A stretch of 61,027 bases of DNA, filler included, from Chloroflexota bacterium (GCA_043754535.1; 5 parts of 4 records of this genome joined end to end with filler, not necessarily neighbours in it), one strand, 5' to 3'. Shown: positions 10,306-20,478, counted from the first letter of the whole stretch. The notes: generated from the letters alone by a model not told the origin. Made by a program: numbers and translations.

Positions 10306-11095
10306 GGTAATTACGATCACAAGCGGTAAGGGGGGCGTGGGCAAGACGACGACGACCGCTAACCTCGGCACCGCACTTGCGCTATTGGGCAAGAAGGTGG
10401 CAGTGGTAGACGCAGATATTGGCCTGCGTAACCTGGACGTGGTGATGGGCCTGGAGAACCGCATCGTCTACGACATCGTAGACGTGGTAGAGGGCCGCGC
10501 TCGCCTCAAGCAAGCCTTGATCAAGGACAAAAGGCTGCCCGAACTGGCTCTGCTCCCTGCTGCCCAAACGCGGGACAAGAACGCAGTCAGCCCCAACCAG
10601 ATGAAGGCTCTCTGCGCCCTCCTGCGCGAGGACTTCGACTTCGTGCTGATCGACTGCCCAGCTGGCATCGAGCAGGGCTTCCGCAACGCGATTGCCGGGG
10701 CCGACGACGTGCTGATCGTCACCACCCCCGAAGTCTCTGCGGTACGCGATGCTGACCGCATCATTGGCCTGGTCGAGTCCAGCGGCCTGCCTCACCCCCG
10801 CCTGATCCTCAATCGGATCAAGCCGAAGATGGTCGCTCGTGGCGATATGATGAGTCAGCAAGACGTGATCGAAATCCTCGCCATCGAACTGATCGGCGTG
10901 GTGCCGGATGATGAAGCTATCGTGATCAACACCAACAAAGGTGAGGCTGCCGTCTACGACAAGGGATCGCGGGCGGGGTTGGCCTACCAGAACATCGCTC
11001 GCCGCTTGCTGGGCGAGAGCTTGCCGCTGATGAACCTGGAGGAGCGCGACGGTCTGTTCGACCGCCTGGGCCGCCTCTTTGGTAGCCGCCGCTAG
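10295..11095 (+). CDS. minD: septum site-determining ATPase MinD
   Basis: SGKGGVGKTT, DADIGLRNLD, DCPAGIEQGF, C-terminal amphipathic helix. Confidence 0.97.
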   Translation: MAGKVITITSGKGGVGKTTTTANLGTALALLGKKVAVVDADIGLRNLDVVMGLENRIVYDIVDVVEGRARLKQALIKDKRLPELALLPAAQTRDKNAVSPNQMKALCALLREDFDFVLIDCPAGIEQGFRNAIAGADDVLIVTTPEVSAVRDADRIIGLVESSGLPHPRLILNRIKPKMVARGDMMSQQDVIEILAIELIGVVPDDEAIVINTNKGEAAVYDKGSRAGLAYQNIARRLLGESLPLMNLEERDGLFDRLGRLFGSRR

Positions 11096-11108
11096 AGGGG
11101 AGGGGAAG

Positions 11109-11384
11109 ATGGGCTTCTTTGACAGACTGTTTGGCCGCAGCGACCGCCCCTCCGAGCGGGATGGCACGGCTGCCAACGCCGCCAAGCAGCGGCTGCAACT
11201 GGTGCTGGTGCAGGATCGGGTCAAGCTGCCACCAGAGGTGATGGAGCAGATGCGGAACGAACTGATCGCCGTGATCAGCAAGTACGTGGAGATAGATGAT
11301 GAAGGGGTTGAGTTCAACCTGACGAAGGGGGAGAAGTTCGACAAGCTCTCCGCCAACATCCCAGTCAAACGGGCGCGTAGTTAG
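11109..11384 (+). CDS. minE: cell division topological specificity factor MinE
   Basis: MGFFDRLF, AKQRLQLVLVQDR, LIAVISKYV, LSANIPV; follows minD. Confidence 0.95.
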   Translation: MGFFDRLFGRSDRPSERDGTAANAAKQRLQLVLVQDRVKLPPEVMEQMRNELIAVISKYVEIDDEGVEFNLTKGEKFDKLSANIPVKRARS

Positions 11385-11432
11385 CTCATCACGAGGACGG
11401 ATCGCGCGATCCGCCCCCGCTGCTTGGCGCGC

Positions 11433-11804
11433 CTACTGCTGATCAGCAGGCTGGTTGACCAGGAACTCGTTGCCGTCAGGGTCTTTGAACTGGAAGCGCG
11501 TTCCCCAGGGGTTAACTGTCACTTCCTGGCTGATCTCGACACCTTGTTCGCGCATTTCGGCGCAGGTGGCATGGGCATCGGCGCAGGTGAAGACAAGGGT
11601 GAGGGCAGGGCGAGGCTCTGAGGAAGGCTCAAGGAAAATGTGGGTGGTCGAACCTGCTGGGCCGACCTCGATCCAACTGTTGTTCGGGCCTTCGCCCATC
11701 GGGATGTTGGTGAACATGGTGAAGCCGAGCTTGTTAACGTAGAAGTCAACCGCCCGCTCCTGGTCGGTGACGATGATGCTTGTTGAATGCAACTTGTCAA
11801 TCAT
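11433..11804 (-). CDS. VOC family (glyoxalase/bleomycin resistance) protein
   Basis: DQERAVDFYVNKLGF, WGTRFQFKDPDGN. Confidence 0.9.
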   Translation of the reverse strand: MIDKLHSTSIIVTDQERAVDFYVNKLGFTMFTNIPMGEGPNNSWIEVGPAGSTTHIFLEPSSEPRPALTLVFTCADAHATCAEMREQGVEISQEVTVNPWGTRFQFKDPDGNEFLVNQPADQQ

Positions 11805-11806
11805 GG

Positions 11807-12211
11807 TTACGCTCCTTCCACATCCTGCCAGCCAACAAGCTGGTTGCCGTCAGGGTCGGTGAACATCATCGTGCGGCCCCACCACTCCGTAGTCGGCTCC
11901 TGGCTGACCGTCACGCCTGCCGCCTTGAGTTGCTCGTGCAGCGCGTCCACATCCGCAACCGCGAAGGTGATGCCGAGAAACGCGCCGGGAGCCTGGTTGT
12001 AGCTGGCGTAGAGTTCGGCTGGCTCCAGGTTGAAGCCGCTCTCTGCACCAACCGGAGCGACGACGATCAGGCGGTAGCTCTTACCTTCGTAGTTGTAAGC
12101 CTGGTCGTTGCGAACCTCAAGGCCCAGCACGTCCTTATAGAAGTCCAACGCCCGCTGCTGGTCGGTGACGTAGATGTTGATGCCCTTGATGCGCTTGATC
12201 ATTTGTGTCAT
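11807..12211 (-). CDS. VOC family protein
   Basis: DQQRALDFYKDVLG, WWGRTMMFTDPDGN. Confidence 0.9.
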   Translation of the reverse strand: MTQMIKRIKGINIYVTDQQRALDFYKDVLGLEVRNDQAYNYEGKSYRLIVVAPVGAESGFNLEPAELYASYNQAPGAFLGITFAVADVDALHEQLKAAGVTVSQEPTTEWWGRTMMFTDPDGNQLVGWQDVEGA

Positions 12212-12212
12212 C

Positions 12213-12599
12213 TTAGCTCTCCTGACTGACTAGGTACTCGTTGCCGTCGGGGTCTTTGAACTGGAAGTACGTCCCCCAGTCCTGGGTCTCGACCTCGTGG
12301 CTGATCTCGACCCCCTTCGCCTTGAGGTCAGCGGCTGTCGCTTCGGCGTTGTCGCACTGCATCAGCAGGGGGGCGTTGCCACCCGGCTCCTTGCCAGCAA
12401 ACGCTGCCGGGGTCAGGCTGATGTGGGTGGCGGAACCAGTAGGCGCAACTTCCACCCAGTTCGTGTTCTCGCCCCCTTCCTCGCCATAACCACCAGGTAT
12501 ATCGTGCAACAGTTCCATGCCGAGCTTGTTCACGTAGAAGTCAACTGCCTTGCGCTGGTCGGTGATGTAGATCGCTACTGCGCTAAACCTGGTAATCAT
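12213..12599 (-). CDS. VOC family protein
   Basis: DQRKAVDFYVNKLG, WGTYFQFKDPDGN. Confidence 0.9.
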   Translation of the reverse strand: MITRFSAVAIYITDQRKAVDFYVNKLGMELLHDIPGGYGEEGGENTNWVEVAPTGSATHISLTPAAFAGKEPGGNAPLLMQCDNAEATAADLKAKGVEISHEVETQDWGTYFQFKDPDGNEYLVSQES

Positions 12600-12817
12600 C
12601 TGTCCCTATCTTTCTGCGCTTGTGGCGCGGTTGCCCTCAAGTAGCCCAGCCAGCTTTGAGGAAGTGCTACCCAGCCAGGGGATACTGTACAATGCGCCGC
12701 TGCTGGTCGGCTGCGCTACCTGTGAGCCGCTTGCGCCTCTACGACGGCTGCTAGCAAGAGGAGGGTGGACAAAAAGAAAACAGGATACATCACTGTACCC
12801 TGTCGTTCGGTTGTGGT

Positions 12818-13147
12818 TCAAGCGGCCTTGCGCTGCCGCTTGGGAGGGGCTTCGACCTTCGCCCGCGCAGTGGCGATCTGGATTGGTGCGTTGTCCCGGT
12901 TGCCCTTGAGCGGGCTGGTCGCTACTACTGGGCCATACGCTTCATCGTAGCCGAGGTAGAAGTAGTTGGGCCGCAGGTGGGCGGCAGGGCGTACGGTAAT
13001 CTGGGGATGCTCGACCATTTCACGCTCAGAGACCAGGCAGATGTTGGGCCGCACGCCGTACTTAAACTCATACCGCTCTATCGCTTCTTCGATCTTCTCT
13101 GCCGCCGACTTCTTGGCCGTGTCGTCATACCAACCGAGGTAAATCAT
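12818..13147 (-). CDS. hypothetical protein
   Basis: 109 aa, AGGAGG RBS; globular N-part (WYDD...YEFKYGVRPNICLV) with a basic tail. Confidence 0.75.
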   Translation of the reverse strand: MIYLGWYDDTAKKSAAEKIEEAIERYEFKYGVRPNICLVSEREMVEHPQITVRPAAHLRPNYFYLGYDEAYGPVVATSPLKGNRDNAPIQIATARAKVEAPPKRQRKAA

Positions 13148-13214
13148 TACTTCCTCCTATGCGGAGCGGCTCGCTGACCGCACCTGCGAATGGCCCTCAA
13201 AGGTGTGCGTGGGG

Positions 13215-13661
13215 CTACCTGCCGATCACCCGGTAGCCACTGGGGGTGCTGCTCTTTACCACGGTAGCGCGGGGGGTGTGGGCGCGCTCATGTTCGTCGT
13301 ACTCATAGAACTCGGCCTCTACGTAAGCACCGCTGGCGGTTGCCTGGTCGGTAGGCACAGTAATGCGAACTGGCTGATGTAGGCGTTGGGGCTGGGGGCG
13401 CACGCTAAACTGCGGCTGGCCGCGCTCGAAGGAGCCGTCGCCCAGTGCCTCACGGTGGCTAGCCCAAACCAGGACGATCATCAGCATAGGGGTGGCAGCC
13501 AGCCCGCCGACCAGGATGCCGACCAACACGGCCCAGGTGTCGCTGGTGATCCGCAAGGCAGCTACAGTAGTAACCGTGATCGCACACAATGCGCCGATCA
13601 CCGCAAAGTATCTTTTCATCTCTGGTTCGCTCTCTGTACTAGACTGCGCGTAGTTTGCCAC
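13215..13661 (-). CDS. hypothetical two-TM membrane protein with disordered tail
   Basis: Two hydrophobic helices then a P/Q/E-rich tail; overlaps the FtsK-like stop; start may be ATG 13619. Confidence 0.7.
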   Translation of the reverse strand: MANYAQSSTESEPEMKRYFAVIGALCAITVTTVAALRITSDTWAVLVGILVGGLAATPMLMIVLVWASHREALGDGSFERGQPQFSVRPQPQRLHQPVRITVPTDQATASGAYVEAEFYEYDEHERAHTPRATVVKSSTPSGYRVIGR

Positions 13662-14847
13662 GGGCTACCGGGCGGTGGATGCGGGTAACTGCCACTGGTT
13701 GCTCCTGCTCATCATCATCAAAGTCATCTTGCACCGAAGCTCGCTTGCGTGCGCTGAGGTCGCGGGGGCGCATCTCCTCGCGGGGGGCTTGCTTGTCACG
13801 GGCAGCATCACGCTGCACCTTAGCCAGCAGGCCGACTAGCTGGCGGCACTCGCTGTCGCTGATCATGGCGGCCTGCATCCGCACCAACTCCTTGCCGATC
13901 ACTACCAGTGCGTCACCCAGGCCGAGCAGCTTCTCTGCGCCGCTGCCGTTCGTGCCTACCATCTGGCGGGCCTCCTCTGCGTCACCAGCCCGCAGCACGA
14001 CGCGGGTGCTGAAGTTGCTCCGTAGGCTATCGCCCATGATCGCATCGTCTGGGCGGCGGTTGGCGAGCAGCACGTGGATGCCCACGTCTGGCCCACGCTG
14101 GCAGAGGACGGTTAGTGCGTCGCGGAACTTCTGGCCGTGCTTGCTGAGGAGCGGCTGCGCGTCGTCAATGGCAACCACGATGGTGGGGCTGCTGATGTTC
14201 TGCTCCTCGCGGTACTCAATGTGGCGGGCCAGCCAGCGCAGGTGATGCACTGCGTCCAGAGCGTCGGTGATGATCGGGCGTAGGAGGTGGGGTAGACCTT
14301 CAAGCTGACGTAGGGCGTTGGACTTGCCGTAGCTGTCGATCAACAGCAGTTGCACCTCCTCTGGCGCGTTCGCCAGGGCCAGGCTGCTAATCATCGAGCG
14401 CAGCAGTTGCGACTTGCCACCGCTCGCCTGCCCAATCAGCAGCACGTTGCCAACCCCCTCACCGTCCAGGCGCAGGAGCAGGGGACTACCGTCGGTGTCC
14501 AGCCCTAGCAGGCAGGTGTTACCCGGTATCTCGCTCTGGTCGCCAAACTCGCCGCTGTCGAGCCGCTGGTAGAGGGGGAGCAGGCGCACGGTCGAGGGGT
14601 CGGGGCGCGGCACCTCTAGCACGGGTTGGCCGTTCTTGAGGGTCAGGCGGCAGGAGGCAACCCCCATCTCGCTGGCGATCTTCTCGGTCAGGCTGTTGAC
14701 GCGGCTGCGCTTGACCTGCGGCGGCAGGGTCAGGTCGAAGGTAAAGAGGCGAGGCGAAACCACGCCGCCATCCACCCGCGCATCAATGCCGTGCTGGTGC
14801 AGGACGTATTCGATTGTGTTGGCACTTTGTTCGAGTATCTGTTTCAT
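13639..14847 (-). CDS. FtsK/SpoIIIE-domain protein (alpha + ATPase, no TM or gamma domain)
   Basis: FtsK-alpha-like N-terminus ending LEVPRP, LGLDTDG, Walker A GQASGGKS, Walker B VAIDD, GIHVLLANRRP, GAEKLLGLGD. Confidence 0.85.
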   Translation of the reverse strand: MKQILEQSANTIEYVLHQHGIDARVDGGVVSPRLFTFDLTLPPQVKRSRVNSLTEKIASEMGVASCRLTLKNGQPVLEVPRPDPSTVRLLPLYQRLDSGEFGDQSEIPGNTCLLGLDTDGSPLLLRLDGEGVGNVLLIGQASGGKSQLLRSMISSLALANAPEEVQLLLIDSYGKSNALRQLEGLPHLLRPIITDALDAVHHLRWLARHIEYREEQNISSPTIVVAIDDAQPLLSKHGQKFRDALTVLCQRGPDVGIHVLLANRRPDDAIMGDSLRSNFSTRVVLRAGDAEEARQMVGTNGSGAEKLLGLGDALVVIGKELVRMQAAMISDSECRQLVGLLAKVQRDAARDKQAPREEMRPRDLSARKRASVQDDFDDDEQEQPVAVTRIHRPVARGKLRAV

Positions 14848-14909
14848 CGTCTTTAACCCAGGCTAATTTGGTGTTACGCAGGACAGGAGGGGGTCGAAAC
14901 AGGAGTGCT

Positions 14910-14966
14910 AGAAACTATGTTCTAACCGCCTGCCAAGATTATAGCACACTAGTTCGCGCAATGCAA
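14910..14966 (-). promoter_or_regulatory. sigma70 promoter with two LexA/SOS-box-like sites
   Basis: TTGCAT-17-TATAAT (14966-14938); GAAC-TAGT-GTGC in the spacer and AGAAC-ATAG-TTTCT downstream. Confidence 0.65.
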
Positions 14967-15083
14967 TAGGCAGACGCTAGAATCTTAGATGAATCTGAAG
15001 GCAATCTAAGCCCAAATCTGGGTCAAACAGGCCCGACCGTAGCAGAGTAGTCGGTTGCGCCCAGCCGCCTGATCTGGTATGCT

Positions 15084-16538
15084 ATGGCTATTATGGCAAA
15101 CCTACGTTCCTCACTCGCCATCGCGGCAGGCAAGGGTAGCGCATGGCTAACCCGACGGATCGGGCGTGGCGGCACTGCCCTCCCCGGCCTGGTCGCCAGC
15201 ACGCTCGACCCACACCTGATCGGCAAGCTAACCCGCAGCTTGCCACGTGGAGCGGCGGTCGTCACTGGCACCAACGGCAAGACGACAACCACGCGGATGA
15301 TCAGCACGATCCTGCAACACGCAGAGTGGCGCGTACTGCACAACCGCAGCGGCAGCAATCTCATCCGTGGGCTGGCAGCAACCCTGGTACAGGCGGCTAG
15401 TGTGGGCGGCAAGCTGCCTGCCGACTTCGCCCTCTTTGAGGTGGATGAAGCGGCGGTGCCAGCGGCGATGCTTGAGGTGCAGCCGCGCCTGCTGCTGTTC
15501 AACAACTTGTTCCGCGACCAGCTAGACCGCTATGGCGAGGTGGAGAACGTGCGCCGCAAGTGGGTGGACGCGCTCAAGCAGGTGCCGGTTGGCACTACAG
15601 TGCTGCTCAATGCCGACGACCCAGGCATCGCTAGCCTGGGCCTCGGTCTGGACTCGGCCACCGTGCTGTACTTCGGCCTCGACGATGAGGAGGGGGCGCA
15701 CAATATGGGCGCGCTGCAACACCAGGCCGATAGCCTGGAGTGTCCTGTCTGCCGCACTCACCTTGCCTACGAAGCTGTCTACACCGCGCACGTAGGCCGC
15801 TACCACTGCCCCAACTGTGGCTTCAAGCGACCAACCCCTCACTTCCGCGCTCGCCGCGTACTGCTGCACGGCACCCAGGGCAGCACCGTGCTGCTAAGTA
15901 CCCCCGACGGTGAGGGTGAGCTTGCGGTGCTGGTACCGGGGCTGTACAATGTCTACAACGCCCTGGCTGCCACTGCCGCCAGTATAACCCTGGGCTTGAC
16001 CCTGGCGCAGGTGCAGGCGGGGCTGGCCGAGTTCAAGGCGGCCTTTGGGCGGATTGAACGGATCGCAATCGGCGATAAATCGCTGCTGATGGCCCTGGTC
16101 AAGAACCCGGTCGGCTTCAACGAGGTGATGCGGATGCTGCTTGCCAGCGAGGATCGTCTGCACCTGCTGATCCTGATCAACGACCTCTTTGCCGACGGGC
16201 GCGACGTTAGCTGGCTGTGGGATGTGGACTTCGAGTTGCTGACCAAAGCGCACGAGCTTGCCGCCGTCACCACTGGGGGTATTCGCGCCGAGGAGATGGC
16301 CCTGCGCCTCAAGTACGCGGGCGTTGACCCAGCCCTGATCAGCATCGTTGCGGGTGATGCACCGACCGGGCGGGGCAAGACACACCTCTATGACACTGCG
16401 CTGGACAAGGCCCTGGCAAGCACACCAACTGGCACGACCCTCTATGTGCTGCCCACCTACACCGCAATGCTGGGTTTGCGCGAGGTGTTGGCTGAACGTG
16501 GGCTGGTCAAGCAGTTCTGGGAGGACTTATGCAGCTAA
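15084..16538 (+). CDS. murT: lipid II isoglutaminyl synthase subunit MurT (Mur ligase + DUF1727)
   Basis: GTNGKTTT, EVDE, NLFRDQLDRYGE, CxxC..CxxC zinc finger, KNPVG, DGRDVSWLWD, PTYTAML. Confidence 0.92.
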   Translation: MAIMANLRSSLAIAAGKGSAWLTRRIGRGGTALPGLVASTLDPHLIGKLTRSLPRGAAVVTGTNGKTTTTRMISTILQHAEWRVLHNRSGSNLIRGLAATLVQAASVGGKLPADFALFEVDEAAVPAAMLEVQPRLLLFNNLFRDQLDRYGEVENVRRKWVDALKQVPVGTTVLLNADDPGIASLGLGLDSATVLYFGLDDEEGAHNMGALQHQADSLECPVCRTHLAYEAVYTAHVGRYHCPNCGFKRPTPHFRARRVLLHGTQGSTVLLSTPDGEGELAVLVPGLYNVYNALAATAASITLGLTLAQVQAGLAEFKAAFGRIERIAIGDKSLLMALVKNPVGFNEVMRMLLASEDRLHLLILINDLFADGRDVSWLWDVDFELLTKAHELAAVTTGGIRAEEMALRLKYAGVDPALISIVAGDAPTGRGKTHLYDTALDKALASTPTGTTLYVLPTYTAMLGLREVLAERGLVKQFWEDLCS

Positions 16539-17263
16539 ACATTGCGTTTCTCTATGCAGACCTGATGAACATCTACGGCGACCGGGGCAACATCATCACC
16601 CTTCAGCAACGCTGCCAGTGGCGAGGCATCGCGGTGACAGTGGACAGCCCCACAGTTGGCGACCCACTGGATACTGAGAAGTACGACCTCTACTTCTTTG
16701 GCGGCGGTCAGGATCAGCAGCAGGTGGCGGTCTCTGCCGACTTGCAGCGGGGCGGCAAGGGTGAGCGGCTGGCGGTGGCTCTGCGTGACGGGGCAGCCTG
16801 CCTCTCGGTCTGCGGCGGCTACCAGTTGCTCGGCCACTACTACCAGCCGCACCAGGGCGCGCAGCTACCAGGGATCGGCTACTTCAATGCGACTTCCCGC
16901 GCCGAGGCTGACCGCTACATTGGCAATGTGGTGGTTGAGAGCGAACTGTTCGGCACCCTGGTTGGCTTCGAGAACCACTCGGCGCGCACCTACTTGCAAG
17001 ACGAGACGATCAAGCCGCTGGGCCGCGTGGTCGTCGGTAAGGGCAACAACGGGCGAGATCGGTTGGAGGGAGCCGTCTACCAAAACAGCATCGGCTGCTA
17101 CCTGCATGGCTCCGTGCTACCCAAGAACCCCGCGCTGGCCGACTGGCTGATCGAGCGCGCTCTACACCGCCGCTATGGGGCCGTGCAGCTAGAGCCGCTG
17201 GCCGACAGCGTAGAGCGGCTGGCCCACGATGCTGCTATAATCAGGGCGAAGCAGACGAAGTAA
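16529..17263 (+). CDS. gatD: glutamine amidotransferase GatD (CobQ-like)
   Basis: MNIYGDRGN, GGGQD, VCGGYQ, GFENH, YLHGSVLPKNP; overlaps murT. Confidence 0.92.
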   Translation: MQLNIAFLYADLMNIYGDRGNIITLQQRCQWRGIAVTVDSPTVGDPLDTEKYDLYFFGGGQDQQQVAVSADLQRGGKGERLAVALRDGAACLSVCGGYQLLGHYYQPHQGAQLPGIGYFNATSRAEADRYIGNVVVESELFGTLVGFENHSARTYLQDETIKPLGRVVVGKGNNGRDRLEGAVYQNSIGCYLHGSVLPKNPALADWLIERALHRRYGAVQLEPLADSVERLAHDAAIIRAKQTK

Positions 17264-17274
17264 GGGAGGGAGGT

Positions 17275-17661
17275 ATGGCTATGGAGCGGCAAACTGAGGT
17301 TAGCAGCACTACGGTGGTGCCACGTTACTACGGCTACGACGAGATGATCCCGCAGGAAGTGATCGAGGCGGCTGTCCGCAAGGTCGTTGAAGGCTTCCGA
17401 CCAGAGCGGGTCATCATGTTCGGTTCCTATGCCTATGGGCAGCCCCACGTCGGCAGCGATGTGGATTTGTTCATTGTAATGGACACAGCACTTCGACCTA
17501 ATCCGCAGGCGGTGGCGATCCGTCGTTATGTCCGCTTCCCCTTTGACGTTGACCTGATCGTGCGTACCCCCGCGATGGTAGAAGAACGTCTAAAGATTGG
17601 TGATCCATTTATCCATCAGATAGTTGAGCAAGGTAAGGTGCTGTATGAACGCCCTTGCTGA
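17275..17661 (+). CDS. minimal nucleotidyltransferase (MNT) antitoxin
   Basis: FGSYAYG..GSDVDL motif, ends EQGKVLYE. Confidence 0.88.
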   Translation: MAMERQTEVSSTTVVPRYYGYDEMIPQEVIEAAVRKVVEGFRPERVIMFGSYAYGQPHVGSDVDLFIVMDTALRPNPQAVAIRRYVRFPFDVDLIVRTPAMVEERLKIGDPFIHQIVEQGKVLYERPC

Positions 17662-18022
17662 AGACTGGGTGGAGAAGGCGGAGGAGGATTATGGGAGCGC
17701 AGGGGTACTGCTGCCATACGCGGCCCTATACCCTAGCGTCATCTGCTACCATTACCAGCAAAGTGCGGAGAAGTACCTCAAAGCATTCATCATGGAGCAA
17801 AACATCTTTCCACCCAGGATACACAATTTGCTAAGTCTAATGAATGGCTGTGCCACTTACGACAGCAGCTTCCATTCGCTTTATCCTCAGCTAGACCTAC
17901 TCACCCAGTACGCTGTTGATTTTCGTTATCCTGGTGCGGATGCTAATGACGTTGAGGCGCGTGATGCTTACCAGGCCGCCTCTGATGTACGCACCTTCGT
18001 CCGCAGCAAGCTGTTTATCTAA
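17645..18022 (+). CDS. HEPN domain protein (MNT-HEPN pair)
   Basis: WVEKAEED, HYQQSAEKYLKA, IHNL, RYPG; overlaps the MNT gene. Confidence 0.88.
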   Translation: MNALAEDWVEKAEEDYGSAGVLLPYAALYPSVICYHYQQSAEKYLKAFIMEQNIFPPRIHNLLSLMNGCATYDSSFHSLYPQLDLLTQYAVDFRYPGADANDVEARDAYQAASDVRTFVRSKLFI

Positions 18023-18048
18023 GCCCAGCAGAGAAGAAAGAAGCGACG

Positions 18049-18726
18049 ATGCAACTTGTTTCACTCAACGCCACTGACCAGGCGCAGCCAGTACGGATCA
18101 GCGACAGACGCGTGGATCAGAGCGCGATCTACAAGCAACCCCAGGGTGAGGCTATTTGGCTGGGGGCCGAGGGGCTGGTTAACGACATCCAAATTGACCG
18201 CAAGTATCATGGCGGCCCAGATCGGGCGATCTGCCTCTATGCACTTGAACACTACCCCCATTGGGCGGCGAAGCTGGGCAGGGAGCTTCAGTACGGCGCG
18301 TTCGGCGAGAACTTCAGTAGCACAGGGCTGCTGGAGGACGAGGTGTGCATCGGTGACAGCTACCGTGTGGGCGAGGTAGTCGTGCAGGTAAGCGAACCGC
18401 GTGGGCCGTGCAACACGCTGGCCGCCCGCTGGCAGCAACCGAAGCTGGTGCGCTGGGTTCAGCAGCACGGCTCCACCGGCTTCTACTTTCGTGTGCTGCA
18501 ACCGGGCCACGTGCGCGCTGGCGACGCTATCACCCTGCTGGCTCGTCCGGCGCATGGTGTCACCGTCAGCGACGTGAACCAGGCCATGTACAAGGCCAAG
18601 AGCGACCTGGAGGTGATCGAACACGCCCTCACCGCCCCCGAACTCGGCCCCGACTGGCGGCAGAAGCTCGGTGAGCGGCTAGCTAGCCGTCGCCGCAAAC
18701 TGGCACGAGCGATGGCGGGGGTGTAG
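18049..18726 (+). CDS. MOSC domain protein (YiiM-like)
   Basis: HGGPDRAI, GAFGENF, CIGD, SEPRGPC, TGFYFRVLQPG. Confidence 0.9.
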   Translation: MQLVSLNATDQAQPVRISDRRVDQSAIYKQPQGEAIWLGAEGLVNDIQIDRKYHGGPDRAICLYALEHYPHWAAKLGRELQYGAFGENFSSTGLLEDEVCIGDSYRVGEVVVQVSEPRGPCNTLAARWQQPKLVRWVQQHGSTGFYFRVLQPGHVRAGDAITLLARPAHGVTVSDVNQAMYKAKSDLEVIEHALTAPELGPDWRQKLGERLASRRRKLARAMAGV

Positions 18727-18745
18727 AAGGAGCGGTTGAGCAAGC

Positions 18746-18778
18746 AAAGGGGCGCACAGTGTTCGTGCGCCCCCCTTT
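18746..18778. terminator. bidirectional terminator / REP-like palindrome
   Basis: AAAGGGGCGCAC..GTGCGCCCC..TTT between convergent genes. Confidence 0.65.
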
Positions 18779-18790
18779 CGTCGTAAGCGG

Positions 18791-20244
18791 CTACTTTGTG
18801 GTATTGGGCTTGTCTGGCAGGTTAAAGTAGTAGGAGATGATGTTGCCGACCGCTGGTACGGCGTAGCTGGAGCCTTCGATAACTGCTACGCTGTTGTTCT
18901 CAGTCGTCAGCTTACGGTCGCCTTCGATGAAGACAGTAACGGCGATTTGCGGGTTGTCGTAGGGGGCGAAGGCGGTGAACCAGGCGTGGCTCTTGCGTAC
19001 TCCATTTGCGTCTGCTTCGCCATACTCCGCCGTGCCGGTTTTGCCCGCGAGAGCAATGCTCTTGTAGTTGATCCGCCAGGCTGTGCCATAGGCGGAGAGC
19101 GAGTTGCCTGTCACCGCCTCGCGCATCCCCTGTCGCACCAGCGCAAGGTTGCCTGCGTTGACTGGCAATTGACGGATCACCTCTGGCTTGAAGTCCTTGA
19201 CCACCGTCTGGCTGTCGCCGCTGCGTAGCTGGTAGACGAGGGTGGGGCGATAGAGGATACCGCCGTTGGCGATAGCAGCGGTGGCATTGTTCATCTGCAA
19301 AGGGGTGGCGGCCATGTAGCCCTGCCCGATGGAGCTAATCAGTGTGTCGCCTAGCGACCAGAAGTCGCCGGGGTAAGTGCGCTCCTTCCATTCCTGCGTG
19401 GGGACGAGGCCAGAACTCTCCTCTGGTAGCTCGATCCCTGTCTGCGCGCCGAGGCCAAAGGCGCGGGCGTAGCTGCTGATCCGCTGGATGCCCAGGCCAC
19501 GGAAGAACTGCAACTGGCTAGAGCCGGGCGGTAGCCAGCGCGTGTGGTTGCCTGCGTCGTCGGTCTGGTCTGGCCCACCAAGCTGGTAGAAGAACACGTC
19601 ACTTGACTGGCTGAGGGCCTGCACGATGTTGATGTTGCCGAAGCCCCGCGTGTTCCAGTCGCGGTAGGTGTTGAACTTGCTATTGTCTTGGGTGTAAGGC
19701 ACCCGGATCGCGGGGGGGCAGAAGAACTGGTCGCTGGGGCTAACTACCTGCTCTTGCAGACCGGCAGCGGCCATAATGATCTTGAAGGTAGAGCCAGGAG
19801 GCTGTGGGTTGATCACCCGGTTGATCAGCGGGCTGGCTAGGTCGTTCCGCAGCTCGTCGAACCGCCGCTGCGAGATACCAGTGGCAAAGAGGTTGTTGTC
19901 GTAGTCTGGTAGGCTGACCATCGCCAGCACTGCCCCGGTTCGCACATCCTGCACTACCGCCGCACCCGTTCGCACGCCCGCTGCTGTCAGTTGCTCTTGC
20001 AGGTACTGGCGCACCTTCTGCTGCAACTTAGTGTCAATGGTTAGATAGACATTGTTGCCGTCCACCGCTGCCGTTTCAGTCAAGACCTGGGTGATGTGGC
20101 CGCTGCTGTCTACCACCACCTGCCTGCTCCCCTTGCGCCCGCGCAACTGCGCCTCCAGGGCTAGTTCCAGGCCGTCCTTGCCAGCCTTGTCGTCGTTCTC
20201 ATAGGTAGGAACGTAGTTGGCGTTGAGGTCGTCAGGGTTGATCG
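18791..20244 (-). CDS. mrdA: penicillin-binding protein 2, 5'-truncated at contig end
   Basis: GKDGLE..LRG, PGSTFK (SxxK), SSD (SxD), GKTGTAE, HAWF; frame stays open up to the linker. Confidence 0.88.
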
Positions 20245-20344
20245 NNNNNNNNNNNNNNNNNNNNNNNNNNNNNNNNNNNNNNNNNNNNTTAATTAATTAA
20301 NNNNNNNNNNNNNNNNNNNNNNNNNNNNNNNNNNNNNNNNNNNN
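20245..20344. other. artificial contig linker
   Basis: N-TTAATTAATTAA-N. Confidence 0.98.
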
Positions 20345-20478
20345 TTGTCCACGTAGTTGGTGCTGACCTGGCGGCCCGCCCAGCGGCAGTCGATCACGGC
20401 AAGGCCGACCTGAAGGCCAAGATGCCCGACATGGATATGAGCCGCTAACCACCGACCACGTAGAACAACTACCAGTCA

